A stretch of DNA of 64,000 nucleotides from Gammaproteobacteria bacterium (lineage in GTDB: Bacteria; Pseudomonadota; Gammaproteobacteria; Magnimaribacterales; AG-339-G14), in the NCBI GenBank assembly GCA_038141925.1, contig JAYQJB010000002.1:377443-441442 (forward strand). Direction: 5' to 3'. The position numbers and the translations under genes were made by a program. Below, one piece after another: positions 51,192 through 63,183 of the stretch (position 1 is its first letter; each line of letters starts with the position of its first letter). Under the pieces are notes generated by a model. It was given only the letters and a program-made list of their open reading frames with translations. It was not told the origin of the DNA and ran no database searches.

Positions 51192-52495
51192 TGGCGGCTA
51201 TTAATCCTAAATCCTCTGGCCTTTCAGAACTTTGGTCAAGACTGAGATTTGTCTTACTAGCGCTTATCATCTATAGGATTGGAACTCACATACCTGTGCC
51301 TGGAATAGACCCTGTAAAAATTTCTTCTTTATTTGACCAAAATCAAGGAACTTTGCTTGGCTTGTTCAATATGTTTTCTGGAGGTGCTTTGGAAAGAATG
51401 AGCATCATGGCTCTTAACGTTGTTCCTTATATTACTGCGGCTATTGTCATGAATCTTTTAGAAGCAACCACTCCAAGTTTAAAGAAAATGTTCAGGCAAG
51501 AAGGAGAACAAGGTAGGAGAAAAAGAACCCACTATGTGCGTTTAGGAACTTTGCTTCTCGCAATATTTCAATCGATGGGGTTTGCAATAGCTCTTTCTTC
51601 CCAAGGAATGGCAATAGACCCTGGTAACATGTTCATTTTTACTGCGGTGGTCTCTTTCGTTACAGGCACAATGTTTTTAGTTTGGCTTGGAGAGCAAGTA
51701 AACGAAAGAGGAATTGGAAATGGTATTTCGCTAATTATTTTTGCAAGTATTGTATCTGGTTTGCCAAGTGCGATTGGACAATCCTTTGAAGGAGCAAGAC
51801 AAGGAGAAATAAGTCTCATCTTGCTTCTTACAGTTGCCTTTATGGCGATACTTGCAATTTCTTTCATAGTCTGGGTAGAAAGAGCACAAAGAAGAGTTAC
51901 TGTAAATTATGCTAGAAGAAATCCTAACCAAATGGCTATGGGACAAGCTTCGCATGTACCATTAAAAGTAAACATGTCAGGAGTGATTCCTGCTATTTTT
52001 GCAAGCAGTATAGTTCTTTTTCCAGCATCAATTAGTTCTTGGTTTGGACAAAGCGAAGGGATGGAGTGGCTGCAAGAAGTATCTTTGGCTTTAAGTCCAG
52101 GACAACCTTTATATGTTGTTGTGTTTTCCATTTTGATTGCTTATTTTTGCTTTTTTTACACTGCAATACAGTTCCCAGCAAAAGATATTTCAGATAATTT
52201 GAAAAGGTCTGGCGGCTTCCTTCCTGGAATTAGACCGGGAGGTCACACGGAAGAATACATCGACAATGTTATGTCCAGACTGACAGTTTGGGGATCTATT
52301 TACATGATAATGATTTGTTTGTTACCCCAATTTTTAATTGTTTCTGCGAACGTTCCTTTTTACTTAGGAGGAACTTCACTTTTAATTGCAGTAGTAGTGG
52401 TAATGGACTTCATGGCTCAGGTACAATCACACCTTTTATCAAGTCAGTATCAGTCTTTGATGAAGAAAGCTAATTTAAAAGGGTTTAAAAGATAA
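51191..52495 (+). CDS. secY: preprotein translocase subunit SecY
   Basis: 434 aa, 10-TM profile. [28 protein letters not shown]. Confidence 0.99.
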   Translation: MAAINPKSSGLSELWSRLRFVLLALIIYRIGTHIPVPGIDPVKISSLFDQNQGTLLGLFNMFSGGALERMSIMALNVVPYITAAIVMNLLEATTPSLKKMFRQEGEQGRRKRTHYVRLGTLLLAIFQSMGFAIALSSQGMAIDPGNMFIFTAVVSFVTGTMFLVWLGEQVNERGIGNGISLIIFASIVSGLPSAIGQSFEGARQGEISLILLLTVAFMAILAISFIVWVERAQRRVTVNYARRNPNQMAMGQASHVPLKVNMSGVIPAIFASSIVLFPASISSWFGQSEGMEWLQEVSLALSPGQPLYVVVFSILIAYFCFFYTAIQFPAKDISDNLKRSGGFLPGIRPGGHTEEYIDNVMSRLTVWGSIYMIMICLLPQFLIVSANVPFYLGGTSLLIAVVVVMDFMAQVQSHLLSSQYQSLMKKANLKGFKR

Positions 52496-52496
52496 A

Positions 52497-52613
52497 ATGA
52501 AAGTAAGAGCATCAGTAAAAAAAATATGCAAAGATTGCAAGCTTGTTAAGAGAAGAGGCACAGTTTATGTAATCTGCAAAACTGATCAAAAACATAAACA
52601 GAGGCAAGGATAA
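52497..52613 (+). CDS. rpmJ: 50S ribosomal protein L36
   Basis: 38-aa ORF, below the track cutoff: [38 protein letters not shown]. Its stop overlaps the rpsM ATG by 1 nt. Confidence 0.95.
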   Translation: MKVRASVKKICKDCKLVKRRGTVYVICKTDQKHKQRQG

Positions 52614-52969
52614 TGGCAAGGGTAGCTGGAGTAAACATACCTGACAAAAAGCAGGCTTGGATATCTTTAACACATATTTTTGGAATAGGTAGAACAACTG
52701 CCCTGAAAATTTGTGAAACGACAGGTATTAAGTTTGATACAAAAATTTCTGCATTAAACGAACAAGAATTAGAGAAGTTGAGAAAAGAAGTGGGTAACTT
52801 TCTCGTAGAAGGAGACTTAAGAAGAGAGGTTAGCACCAACATCAAAAGATTAATGGACCTAGGTACTTTAAGAGGCATCAGGCACAGAAAAAGATTACCT
52901 GTAAGAGGTCAAAGAACTAAGACAAACGCTAGGACTAGAAAAGGGCCTAGAAAACCAATCAGAAGATAA
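52613..52969 (+). CDS. rpsM: 30S ribosomal protein S13
   Basis: 118 aa. [26 protein letters not shown]. Confidence 0.99.
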   Translation: MARVAGVNIPDKKQAWISLTHIFGIGRTTALKICETTGIKFDTKISALNEQELEKLRKEVGNFLVEGDLRREVSTNIKRLMDLGTLRGIRHRKRLPVRGQRTKTNARTRKGPRKPIRR

Positions 52970-52971
52970 TA

Positions 52972-53361
52972 ATGGCAAAAGAAAAAGGAAAGAAAACAAA
53001 AAGTTCTAAGTCAGTTGCAAGCGAAGGAGTAGCTCATATTCTTGCAACTTTTAACAATACGATTATTAATATTACTGATAAAAAAGGTAATACGATCTCT
53101 TGGTCAAGTTCAGGTGCAAATGGATTTAAGGGCTCAAGAAAAAGTACCCCATTTGCTGCTCAAATAGCAGCAACTAAAGCAGGAGAACAAGCCATTAATT
53201 TAGGTTTGTCGGAAGTGGAAGTGGAAGTTTCAGGCCCAGGATCTGGTAGAGAGTCAGCGGTAAGAGCTTTAAATGGTTGTGGTCTGAAAATAACAAAAAT
53301 TTCAGACGTTACACCAATTCCTCATAATGGTTGTAGACCGCCTAAAAAGAGAAGAGTGTAA
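52972..53361 (+). CDS. rpsK: 30S ribosomal protein S11
   Basis: 129 aa. [36 protein letters not shown]. Confidence 0.99.
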   Translation: MAKEKGKKTKSSKSVASEGVAHILATFNNTIINITDKKGNTISWSSSGANGFKGSRKSTPFAAQIAATKAGEQAINLGLSEVEVEVSGPGSGRESAVRALNGCGLKITKISDVTPIPHNGCRPPKKRRV

Positions 53362-53363
53362 TC

Positions 53364-53984
53364 ATGGCAAGATATAGAGGACCAAAAATTAAGCTTTCTA
53401 GAAGAGAGGGTACCGATCTTCAACTTAAAAGCGGATATAGATCTTATGAATCTAAGGCTAGGTCCGAAAATCCTCCTGGCGTACATGGATTAAGGAGAGG
53501 CAGGCTTTCAGATTACGGTATTCAATTAAGAGAAAAGCAGAAAGTAAAAAGAATGTATGGCGTCCTTGAAAAACAGTTTAGAAATTACTACAAAAGAGCA
53601 GCTCGTCAGAAGGGCGAAACCGGTACTAATTTATTACTTTTTTTAGAGAAAAGACTTGATAACGTTCTTTATAGACTTGGTTTTGCATCAACTAGAGCCG
53701 AGGCAAGACAACTAGTCAGTCATAAATCTGTCTTAGTGAATGGAAAAACAGTGAATATTCCGTCTTATCAGGTTGCTGAAGGCGATGAGATTTCAATAGC
53801 AGAAAAATCTCAGTCGCAAAAAAGAATTACACAGGCTTTATCTTTAAGTGAACAAAGAGAAGAATGTGAATGGGTATCCGTAGATAAATCTAAATTTACT
53901 GGTACTTTTAAAAATTTACCTACGAGAGAGTTGCTAAGTAGTGAAATAAACGAGAACTACATAGTAGAGCTTTATTCAAGGTAA
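53364..53984 (+). CDS. rpsD: 30S ribosomal protein S4
   Basis: 206 aa. [16 protein letters not shown] and the S4 domain [24 protein letters not shown]. Confidence 0.99.
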   Translation: MARYRGPKIKLSRREGTDLQLKSGYRSYESKARSENPPGVHGLRRGRLSDYGIQLREKQKVKRMYGVLEKQFRNYYKRAARQKGETGTNLLLFLEKRLDNVLYRLGFASTRAEARQLVSHKSVLVNGKTVNIPSYQVAEGDEISIAEKSQSQKRITQALSLSEQREECEWVSVDKSKFTGTFKNLPTRELLSSEINENYIVELYSR

Positions 53985-54007
53985 AAAAATCTAAATTTGA
54001 GGATCAT

Positions 54008-55000
54008 ATGACAGACAATTTTGACATTATCAAAGATTTCTTAACTCCAAAAGAAATTATCGTTGAGGAAGTTAATCCTAATCATTCAAAAATTATATTG
54101 GAGCCTTTGGAAAGAGGATTTGGCCATACATTAGGAAATGCTTTAAGAAGAATTATTTTATCTTCTATACCCGGCTCTTGTGTTGTTGAAGCAAAAATTG
54201 ATGGAGTGTTGCATGAATTCTCAACAATTGATGGGGTTGCAGAAGACGTGATAAACATACTTTTAAATTTAAAGGGTATAGCCGTAAGAATGATGGATGT
54301 TGAAGAAGCGGAACTATCTGTTGAGAAATCCGGAACGGGCAAGTTAACTGCAGGAGATTTTGAACTTCCTGCTGGTGTGGAAATCATTAACCCAGATCAT
54401 CAGATTGCAACTCTTGCTGATAACGGCAGTATAAAAATGTCTATAAAAGTTAAAAAAGGTAGAGGTTACGATCCAGTAATAATCAGTGCTACTGAGGAAG
54501 GAGAAAGTAAAGAAGTTGGATTGTTAAGATTAGATGCTTCCTATTCACCGATAGAAAAGGTTGCTTATCAAGTTGAAAACACAAGGGTCGAAAACAGAAC
54601 AGATCTCGATAAGCTTATTTTAGATGTTCATACTAATGGTACAATTGATCCAGAAGAAATTTTGAGATTGGCAGCAACTATTTTACAAAGACAGTTAATT
54701 GCATTTGCTGAACTAGGGTTTGAAACCGAAGAAGAAGAAGAAGAAGAGATTCCTCCAGTTGATCCAATTATGCTTCGTCCTGTTGATGAATTAGAGCTTA
54801 CTGTTAGATCGGCAAATTGTTTGAAAGTAGAGAAAATTTATTACATTGGCGATCTTGTTACCAGAAAAGAATCAGATCTGTTAAAAACACCAAATCTTGG
54901 AAGAAAATCTTTGAATGAAATTAAAGATGTATTAGCAGCTAGGGGATTATCTTTGGGATTGGAACTAGATAACTGGCCGCCTTCAAATATAGAAAGTTAA
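54008..55000 (+). CDS. rpoA: DNA-directed RNA polymerase subunit alpha
   Basis: 330 aa. [15 protein letters not shown]-type motif ([18 protein letters not shown]). [25 protein letters not shown]. Poly-Glu linker. Confidence 0.99.
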   Translation: MTDNFDIIKDFLTPKEIIVEEVNPNHSKIILEPLERGFGHTLGNALRRIILSSIPGSCVVEAKIDGVLHEFSTIDGVAEDVINILLNLKGIAVRMMDVEEAELSVEKSGTGKLTAGDFELPAGVEIINPDHQIATLADNGSIKMSIKVKKGRGYDPVIISATEEGESKEVGLLRLDASYSPIEKVAYQVENTRVENRTDLDKLILDVHTNGTIDPEEILRLAATILQRQLIAFAELGFETEEEEEEEIPPVDPIMLRPVDELELTVRSANCLKVEKIYYIGDLVTRKESDLLKTPNLGRKSLNEIKDVLAARGLSLGLELDNWPPSNIES

Positions 55001-55407
55001 TGAGTAATTTAAAAAGAGGCAGAACTTTTGGTAGAAATAGCTCTAGGAGAAAGGCGCTATTTCAAGCTTTAGCTATTTCATTAATAGAACATGAAGGTAT
55101 TAAAACTACTTTACCTAAAGCTAAAGAATTAAGGTCATTCATTGAACCATTGATAACCCTTGCTAAAGATGATTCTGTAAGCAATCGAAGACTCGCTTTT
55201 TCGAAGATAAGAAATAAGTCTGCAGTAGGAAAGCTTTTTTCTGACTTAGGTCCAAGATTTAAAGATAGGCCTGGAGGCTATTCCAGAATCATTAAGATTG
55301 GTTTTAGAAAAGGAGATGCTGCTCCGATTGCTTTTATTGAACTCGTAGACAGATCTATTGAGGACGAAGTTGTAGTCGATACTTCAGTAGAGCCTGAAAA
55401 GGCCTAA
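55000..55407 (+). CDS. rplQ: 50S ribosomal protein L17
   Basis: 135 aa. [35 protein letters not shown]. Confidence 0.98.
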   Translation: MSNLKRGRTFGRNSSRRKALFQALAISLIEHEGIKTTLPKAKELRSFIEPLITLAKDDSVSNRRLAFSKIRNKSAVGKLFSDLGPRFKDRPGGYSRIIKIGFRKGDAAPIAFIELVDRSIEDEVVVDTSVEPEKA

Positions 55408-55418
55408 GACGTAATTTT

Positions 55419-58220
55419 TTATAAAAACTTTCCAGTATAGGACTTTTTGCATTTAGCTAGTTGACTAGTATCTCCAGCAGCAACTATTTCTCCTCCACCA
55501 TTTCCACCTTCGGGTCCAATATCAATAATCCAATCAGAGTTTCTGATTACATCTAAGTTATGTTCAATCACAACAATTGTGTTTCCTTGAGAGTTTAATT
55601 TTTGTAAAACATCCATTAGCAGCTGGACATCATGAAAGTGTAAACCTGTTGTCGGTTCGTCTAATAAATAGATTGTTTTACCTGTAGAAGTTTTAGAGAG
55701 TTCTTTAGCTAGCTTAACTCTTTGAGCCTCTCCCCCAGATAAAGTGGTAGCTGGCTGTCCTAACCTCAAATAACCAAGTCCTACTTGATTTAAAGTATCG
55801 AGTTTTTTCTTGATTTTTGGAACGGCTTCAAAAAATATAGAAGCTTGATCAACAGTCATATTTAAAACTTCTGAGATATTCTTACCTTTATATTTAACCG
55901 TTAAGGTTTCGTTGTTGTATCTCTTTCCATTACAAACATCACACTTAACATAAACATCTGGGAGAAAGTGCATTTCTACTTTTATCATTCCATCTCCCTC
56001 ACAGGCTTCACATCTTCCTCCTCTGACATTGAAGCTAAACCTTCCAGGTTTGTATCCTTTAGCTCTAGCCTCTTGCGTTCCAGCAAAAAGTTCTCTTATT
56101 GGAGTGAAAATACCTGTGTAAGTTACTGGATTAGATCGCGGGGTTCTGCCGATGGGGCTTTGACTTATTTCGATAACTTTATCGACAAGTTCCGTACCTT
56201 CTATTTTTTCAAAAGCCTCAGTTTTCATGGAACTTTTACTTAAAATATTCGACAGAGCAGGATAGAGCGTTTGATTTATCAAAGTAGATTTTCCAGAACC
56301 AGAGACTCCTGTAATAGAAATTATATTTCCCTAGGGGAATTTCTAAATCTACATTTTTTAGGTTATTTCCTGTACATCCTGATAACTTGATTTTTCCTTT
56401 ATCTATAATTTTTTTCTTTTTTTCTATTTGAATTCTTTTTTTCCCAAAAACATATTGAGAAGTAAGAGAATTTTTGGCTTTTTAAGAGATTCAATATTTC
56501 CAGAAAAACAAACTTCTCCTCCATGGATTCCTGCTTTTGGACCTATATCTATAATATGGTCTGCTTCTTCAATTGTTTCTTGATCATGTTCCACAACGAT
56601 TACTGTATTACCCAGCTCTTTAAGTCTTTTTAGAGTAGATAAAAGTTTTTTGTTATCTCTTTGATGTAAGCCTATAGAAGGTTCATCAAGAATGTATGTT
56701 ACTCCCACTAAGCCAGCACCAATTTGTGAAGCGAGTCTTATCCTTTGGGCCTCGCCTCCACTCAAAGTTTCAGCACTTCTAGAAAGAGTAAGGTAGTTAA
56801 GACCAACATCAGAAAGGAAAGTTAAGCGCTCTTTTATTTCTTTAATAATTTTTATTGCAATTTCCCCTTTTACCCCTGTCAAAGTTAGTTTTTTAAAAAA
56901 ACCAAGAGCATCACCAATTGTCATCCCTACAATTTCAGGTAATGAAAATTTATTTATAAATACGCTTCTTGCTTCTAGGTTCAATCTGGTTCCGCTGCAC
57001 TCATCGCAAAGGGTATTTGTCATAAATTTTGCATAATATTCTCGTCTAAAATTTGAATCTGTATCTCCAAGTCTTCTTTCAATATTTCTTACAACGCCTT
57101 CAAAAGGCTTAAATATTTCTCTTTTAAAACCTCTTTTGGAAACGTAACTAAAATCAACTTCATCATCGCTCCCATATAGGACAATTTCTTTTTCTTTTTC
57201 TAATAGATCTTCGAAAGGAGTATCAAGAGAAAACTCAAAAGTTTGGCTAACTCTATTTAACAAGTATCTGTTGTGGTAAGTGAGACTAGCATCCCAGTCC
57301 TTTATGGCTCCCTGGTTAAGACTAAGTTCTGGTCTAACAATTAATTTAGAAAAATCTATTTTTGATTTATAGCCCAAACCATCACAAGATGGACAAGCAC
57401 CAGATGGACTATTAAATGAAAATAATCTTGGCTCTAATTCTTGAATACTAAAGCCACATTTAGGACAGGCCATTTTAGTAGAAAATGCATCAAAACTTTT
57501 TTCATCATCCATATCTTGAATTTCAATTAATCCATTAGACTCAGATACACAAGTCTCTAAAGATTGTATGAGGCGACTATTGTTTTTTAAATCAATAGTT
57601 AGCCTATCAATCACAATGGATATCGAATGTTTTTTATTTTTATCTAGTTTGATTTGATCACTTAAATCATAAACTACTCCATTTACAGTTACTCTCACAT
57701 ATCCTTTCATGAGGAGATCATTAAATAAGTTCAAATGCTCGCCTTTTTGCCCTTTAATTACTGGAGCTAAAATGAAAACTCTTTTTTTATTAAAAGTTTT
57801 AAGTATTTTCTTACCTATTTGATCAATGGTTTGACCTTCAAGAGAGATATTGTGATCCAAACATTGTGCAGTGCCTGATCTGGCATAAAGTAATCTAAGA
57901 TAATCATAAATTTCTGTTACAGTTCCAACTGTTGACCTTGGATTATGAGAAGTTGATTTTTGCTCAATGGATATTGCTGGAGACAATCCTTCTATGGTGT
58001 CAACCTCAGGTTTGTCCATGACCGAAAGAAATTGTCTAGCATAAGCAGAAAGGGACTCTACGTATCTTCTTTGTCCTTCGGCATACAAGGTATCAAATGC
58101 AAGTGAGGATTTTCCTGAGCCAGATAAGCCAGTTATTACCGTCAGTTTATCTCTAGGTATATCTAAATCAATATTCTTAAGATTGTGTTGCTTAGCACCT
58201 TTGACATGAATAAATTTCAT
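55419..58220 (-). CDS. uvrA: excinuclease ABC subunit A; two frame breaks
   Basis: [23 protein letters not shown], two LSGGEAQR signatures, Zn-finger Cys pairs. The middle segment ([16 protein letters not shown]...[17 protein letters not shown]) is read in a third frame. Breaks are at the T5 run 56471-56475 and T3 run 56326-56328. Total 2802 nt, i.e. 934 codons. Confidence 0.95.
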
Positions 58221-58267
58221 TTATTTAATTTTTCTTTTAGATTAGACTAACTTATCAGATATCAATT

Positions 58268-58711
58268 ATGGCTCAAAGTGGAATAAATAAGGTTATATTA
58301 CTTGGAAATTTAGGACAGGATCCTGAAGTAAGATACACCGCTGGAGGTGTACCTATAGCAAATGTATCTATCGCTACCTCAAATAGCTGGAAGGATAAAA
58401 ACTCTGGAGAAACGGTTGAACAAACTGAATGGCACAGAATTGTTTTCTTTAATCGTCTTGCAGAAATCGTTGAGCAATATCTTAAAAAAGGCTCAAAAAT
58501 ATATGTAGAAGGGCAATTAAGAACTAACTCATGGGAAGATAAAAATACAGGTGAAAAAAAATTTAGAACTGAAATTGTTGCAAGAGAAATGCAAATGCTA
58601 AGTTCTAGAGGAGAGCTGAGTCAGCAGAATCAGGATTCAGGATTTGAACAGTCTTCGCAAAATTCTCAGGAAGAGAACGTGCCTTGGGATGATGAAGATA
58701 TACCGTTTTAA
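58268..58711 (+). CDS. ssb: single-stranded DNA-binding protein
   Basis: 147 aa. [21 protein letters not shown] fold, acidic tail ending DDEDIPF. Confidence 0.98.
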   Translation: MAQSGINKVILLGNLGQDPEVRYTAGGVPIANVSIATSNSWKDKNSGETVEQTEWHRIVFFNRLAEIVEQYLKKGSKIYVEGQLRTNSWEDKNTGEKKFRTEIVAREMQMLSSRGELSQQNQDSGFEQSSQNSQEENVPWDDEDIPF

Positions 58712-59931
58712 TTCTTAAATTTTGAAAGAACCAAACTTACATTAGTTCCACCAAAACCAAAACTATTACTCATAAAGGAATTAAATTCTTTTTCCAGAGA
58801 TTTTTCAGGAATATTTATGCCATCTGCTTCAGGAATAGGGTTAGTTAAATTTTTATTTCCAGCGATAAAATTTCCATTCATCATAAGTATGCTGTAAATA
58901 CATTCTTGTACTCCTGCTGCACCTAAAGTATGTCCAGTAAGAGATTTTGTTGAGCTTACTATTGGGATATCATCTTTGAATACTGATTTTATGGCATTCA
59001 ACTCAATAGGATCTCCAGCAGGAGTTGAGGTCCCATGGGCATTAAGATAATCAATAGATTTTAAACCGCTCATTTCTAAAGACTTTTTCATACAATTTTT
59101 TGCTCCTTCACCAGATGGAGCAACCATGTCATCTCCATCGGATGTTGCTGAGTATCCTTTTATTTCAGCATATATTTTCGCTTTTCTTGATAAGGCATGT
59201 TCCAATTCTTCAACTATCAAAATTCCTCCTCCACCTGAAATCACAAAACCATCTCGATTTTTATCAAAGGGCCTAGACGCATCAGTTGGATTTTCGTTGA
59301 AATTACTTGATAAAGCTCCCATTGCATCGAACAATCCAGATTGTGTCCAATGCTCATCTTCTGCACCTCCTGCAATTATTACATCTTGATTGCCAAGTTG
59401 GATTTGTTCCCAGGCAGAACCAATACAGTGAGCACTAGTTGAACAAGCTGATGAGATTGAGAAATTTACTCCTTTGATTTTTAAAGAAGTAGCTAGGCAA
59501 GCTGAAACTGTACTTCCCATGGTCTGAGTTACTCGGTAAGGACCAACTCTCTTAACTCCTTTTTCTCTTAGAATGTCTGCCGCATCAACTTGACTTCGAG
59601 AGGATGCTCCTCCTGAACCAGCAATTACTCCAATTCTGTCTGTTTCAAAGATACCCTCTGGCAAATCTGAATCCTTTATAGCATCTAAAGCACTCAGATA
59701 AGAGTAGGCTGCAGCTTCTCCCATGAATCTGAATAATTTTCTGTCTATCAAATCTTTAAGGTTTATTGATATTGATCCTGAAATTTTGCTTCTAAATCCT
59801 AAATCGCTATATTCATCATTTTTAGAAATTCCAGAGATGCCATTTCTTAATGATTTAGATATTTCTTCTAAATTATTTCCAATGCAGGAAATTGAACCCA
59901 TTCCTGTTATAACTGCTCTTTTTTTTGTCAT
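58708..59931 (-). CDS. fabB: 3-oxoacyl-ACP synthase I
   Basis: KAS fold with the active-site [13 protein letters not shown] and [12 protein letters not shown] prefer the ATG at 59931 ([12 protein letters not shown]) over the TTG-extended track start at 59964. Directly downstream of fabA. Confidence 0.9.
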   Translation of the reverse strand: MTKKRAVITGMGSISCIGNNLEEISKSLRNGISGISKNDEYSDLGFRSKISGSISINLKDLIDRKLFRFMGEAAAYSYLSALDAIKDSDLPEGIFETDRIGVIAGSGGASSRSQVDAADILREKGVKRVGPYRVTQTMGSTVSACLATSLKIKGVNFSISSACSTSAHCIGSAWEQIQLGNQDVIIAGGAEDEHWTQSGLFDAMGALSSNFNENPTDASRPFDKNRDGFVISGGGGILIVEELEHALSRKAKIYAEIKGYSATSDGDDMVAPSGEGAKNCMKKSLEMSGLKSIDYLNAHGTSTPAGDPIELNAIKSVFKDDIPIVSSTKSLTGHTLGAAGVQECIYSILMMNGNFIAGNKNLTNPIPEADGINIPEKSLEKEFNSFMSNSFGFGGTNVSLVLSKFKN

Positions 59932-59932
59932 T

Positions 59933-60454
59933 TTAGAAATTTTGTGGATCTTCAAATAAACCAACTCTTAAATCTTTGGCAGAATAGATTTCTTTTCCGT
60001 CAACAAACATCAATCCATCAGCAAATCCAATAACAAGTTTTTGTTTCCTAATCCTCTTTATACTGATTTTATATTCAACTAGTTTAGCTTTTGGCAGTAC
60101 TTGTCCATAAAATTTTACTTGACCTGAACCAAGGGCTCTACCAATACCGCTATTACCTTCCCACAAAAGATAAAAACCTAATAATTGCCACATTGCGTCA
60201 AGCCCCAAACAACCTGGCATTACAGGGTCTGTTGAAAAGTGACAGTCAAAAAACCATAGATCAGGAGTTATATCCAACTCGCCTTGTATTTCACCAGTGT
60301 TGTAATCACCTTTAGAATCATTTATCTCAACAATCCTATCCATCATCAACATTTCATTATTAGGTAATCTTCCATTACCTGGTCCAAACAAATCACCATT
60401 TGAGCAAGCTATTAGCTCATCTTTAGAAAAATTATGTTTATTTTTTATATCCAT
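59933..60454 (-). CDS. fabA: 3-hydroxydecanoyl-ACP dehydratase/isomerase
   Basis: 173 aa. [29 protein letters not shown] active-site region. Confidence 0.96.
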   Translation of the reverse strand: MDIKNKHNFSKDELIACSNGDLFGPGNGRLPNNEMLMMDRIVEINDSKGDYNTGEIQGELDITPDLWFFDCHFSTDPVMPGCLGLDAMWQLLGFYLLWEGNSGIGRALGSGQVKFYGQVLPKAKLVEYKISIKRIRKQKLVIGFADGLMFVDGKEIYSAKDLRVGLFEDPQNF

Positions 60455-60485
60455 TTTTTAACAATTACCTTAGCTTTCTTATAGA

Positions 60486-60514
60486 TTGCGAGGAAAGACT
60501 TTATCCTATACTAT
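60486..60514 (+). promoter_or_regulatory. candidate rplU-rpmA promoter (TTGCGA, 17-nt spacer, TACTAT)
   Basis: TTGCGA at 60486-60491, 17-nt spacer, TACTAT at 60509-60514, in the divergent fabA/rplU gap. Confidence 0.4.
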
Positions 60515-60540
60515 TCGCTTCTATTTTGTAATTTGTAAAG

Positions 60541-60858
60541 ATGTACGCAGTAATAAAAAGCGGAGGAAAGCAACATAAAGTTTCAGAAGGAGAGGAAATT
60601 CTTCTTGAAAAAATTTCTCTAGACGAAGGAGAAGAAATAGAGTTTTCTGAAGTTTTAGCTGTAAACAAAGACGGTAATTTAAATGTGGGCAAACCTCTCT
60701 TAGAGGGAGCTGTCGTAAAAGGTAAAGTAATAAATCATCTCAAGACAAAAAAAATTACAGTTATTAAAATGAAAAGAAGAAAAGACTATAGAAAAAAACA
60801 AGGACATAGACAGAATTTAACTAAAGTAAAAATTGAATCTATAAGTTATGGCGCATAA
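60541..60858 (+). CDS. rplU: 50S ribosomal protein L21
   Basis: 105 aa. [18 protein letters not shown]. Confidence 0.98.
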   Translation: MYAVIKSGGKQHKVSEGEEILLEKISLDEGEEIEFSEVLAVNKDGNLNVGKPLLEGAVVKGKVINHLKTKKITVIKMKRRKDYRKKQGHRQNLTKVKIESISYGA

Positions 60859-61108
60859 AAAAGCAGGTGGTAGCTCCAGAAATGGAAGAGATTCTGAGTC
60901 TAAAAGACTTGGAGTTAAAAGATATGGTGGGCAAGCTGTTTCAGCTGGAGAGATACTCGTTAGACAAAGAGGAACAAAATTCCATCCCGGACAAAACGTT
61001 GGTATCGGGAAAGATCATACTCTTTTTGCAAAATGTGATGGAAAAGTTTTTTTCAATAAAAAAGGAAAAAACCTCAAGCAATTTGTAAATATAGAATCTA
61101 CTTCATAA
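60848..61108 (+). CDS. rpmA: 50S ribosomal protein L27
   Basis: 86 aa. [29 protein letters not shown]. Confidence 0.99.
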   Translation: MAHKKAGGSSRNGRDSESKRLGVKRYGGQAVSAGEILVRQRGTKFHPGQNVGIGKDHTLFAKCDGKVFFNKKGKNLKQFVNIESTS

Positions 61109-61112
61109 AATC

Positions 61113-62123
61113 ATGCGCTTCATCGATGAAGCAGTAATAGAGATTTCATCTGGAGATGGCGGTAATGGCTGCCTAAGCTTTCGTCGAGAGAAATTCATTC
61201 CAAAAGGAGGTCCTGACGGGGGCGATGGTGGAAAAGGCGGTAATATAAATTTTATTGCAAATGAATCTTTGCATACTTTGCAAGACTTTAAGCTAAAAAG
61301 AAAATACAAAGCTCAAAGTGGGCGACAAGGAAAAGGAAAAAACATGCATGGCAAGGATGGTGCAGACACCATCCTAGAGGTACCCTTGGGAACTTTATTG
61401 ATAAATGACGAAACGGATGAACTCCTTTGTGACCTTACTAAATCTAATCAAATATTTACCGCGGTAAAAGGAGGGAAAGGCGGTCTTGGTAATGCTAGGT
61501 TTAAGACATCTACCAATAGAGCTCCAAGAAAAACTACAGAAGGAAAGTTAGGCGAAATAGTAAAAGTGAGGCTAGAGTTAAAAGTCTTGGCAGATGTAGG
61601 ACTTTTAGGAAAACCCAATGCAGGAAAGTCAACTTTGATTTCAAAAATATCTTCAGCTAAACCTAAAATTGCTGATTATCCATTCACAACATTAAGCCCT
61701 AATTTAGGAGTGGTAAAGTTCAATAATTATTCAAGCTTTGTTATAGCTGACATACCTGGATTAATTCCGGGGGCGTCAGAAGGTATTGGATTGGGAATAG
61801 ATTTTTTGAAGCATCTCTCCAGAGTAGAAATTCTTTTGCATTTAATTGATGTTGAAGAAGGGTAGTCTTAAAGAAATCAGAAAAAATTATGACAATATAA
61901 ATAAAGAACTGAAAGCATTTAGCAATGAGTTAAATCAAAAAGAGCAATGGGTTGTAATTAGTAAAATCGATAAAATGCCAGAAAACAAAATTAAGAACAT
62001 AAAAAAGAAGCAAAGAAACTTTTCAGCAAAAAAAATGTCTTTTATGTATCATCGATTTCTGGAGCAGGTTTAGAAGACATAATTCAAAGCATAGGAAATA
62101 GACTGGCAAGTGAAAAAAATTAA
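61113..62123 (+). CDS. obg: GTPase Obg/CgtA; two frame breaks
   Basis: [42 protein letters not shown]1 [10 protein letters not shown]3 DIPGLI. Breaks are at GGG 61860-61862 and the A8 run 62028-62035. The C-terminus [28 protein letters not shown] is back in the original frame. Confidence 0.93.
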
Positions 62124-62895
62124 ATCTGAAAAACTAATCGTAATTAAAGCTGGTTCCAGTCTAACTACTTTGGCATCTGGGCTACCAAATTTGAGATTTA
62201 TAAAATCAATCTCTGAACAAATATCCAGGCTACACAAAAAAGGATTTCACATTGTTTTGGTTTCTTCAGGAGCAATTGCCCAAGGAATGAAAATATGGAA
62301 TTTATCCTCTAAACCTAAGTCTGTAGATTTTCTTCAGGCCTTATCCGCTTCTGGTCAGATTGAATTGATAAACAATTATCAAAAGGAATTTAAAAAGTTT
62401 AATTTAATCGCTGCACAGGTTTTGCTTAGTCATTCTGATTTTGGCGTCAAGAGCCGATCTGAAAATGCTAAAAATAGTATTTCAAATCTAATCAAGCTAG
62501 GTGCCATTCCAATAATTAACGAAAATGATTCTATATCAACAGAAGAAATTTTAAATGGAGACAATGACCGGTTGAGCGGAAAAGTTGCAACTTTATTAAG
62601 GTCAAAAAAATTATTTATTTTGACAGACCAGAATGGACTTTATGATAAGAATCCAGATCAACATGTTGATGCAAAAATCATAAATAAAATAAACCTTAAT
62701 AAATTTGATTTTAAAGAAGTATCTTTTGGTGATTCAGGCATTTTAGGAAGAGGAGGGATGACGACAAAAATTAAAGCTGCAAAGGATTACCTCAAAAAAA
62801 GTAATGAGGTTTGGATATTAAATGGAAATGATGAAGGAACATTAGCAAAGGCTATCCAAAAAAAAGAAGTTGGAACAAGGATTTATTTATCCTAA
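62110..62895 (+). CDS. proB: glutamate 5-kinase (kinase domain only, no PUA domain)
   Basis: 261 aa with a GTG start. LIVIKAGSSLTT, NENDSISTEEILNGDNDRLSGKVA. Confidence 0.9.
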   Translation: MKKIKSEKLIVIKAGSSLTTLASGLPNLRFIKSISEQISRLHKKGFHIVLVSSGAIAQGMKIWNLSSKPKSVDFLQALSASGQIELINNYQKEFKKFNLIAAQVLLSHSDFGVKSRSENAKNSISNLIKLGAIPIINENDSISTEEILNGDNDRLSGKVATLLRSKKLFILTDQNGLYDKNPDQHVDAKIINKINLNKFDFKEVSFGDSGILGRGGMTTKIKAAKDYLKKSNEVWILNGNDEGTLAKAIQKKEVGTRIYLS

Positions 62896-63150
62896 TTTTT
62901 TAATAGATTTGATTAGTCTAGACTTTTGACGGGCAACAGCATTTTTTGGAAGAACCTTTTTATTAGCTAACTTATCTAAAACTTTTTGAGTTGAAACAAA
63001 TAAGTCTTTGGCCTTGGAAACATCACTTTCTTTAATCGCTTCTTCCACATTTTTAACCATTGTTCTCACAGATGCTCTTTGAGAACTTTTTAAATCGTTT
63101 CTAGTATTGGCCTGTCTAGACCTTTTTTTTGCTGATTGGATATTCGCCAT
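62887..63150 (-). CDS. rpsT: 30S ribosomal protein S20
   Basis: 87 aa. MANIQSAKKRSRQANTRN. Confidence 0.97.
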   Translation of the reverse strand: MANIQSAKKRSRQANTRNDLKSSQRASVRTMVKNVEEAIKESDVSKAKDLFVSTQKVLDKLANKKVLPKNAVARQKSRLIKSIKKLG

Positions 63151-63183
63151 AGGACGCGATGATGAAGATTATTTGGATTATTG

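Noticed and set aside
60472-60500. Weak dyad AGCTTTC...GAAAGACT upstream of fabA as a FadR/FabR-type operator.
   Set aside because: Only 5 bp pair cleanly (CTTTC/GAAAG). There is no resemblance to the FadR or FabR consensus sequences I know. It also overlaps the better-supported rplU promoter.
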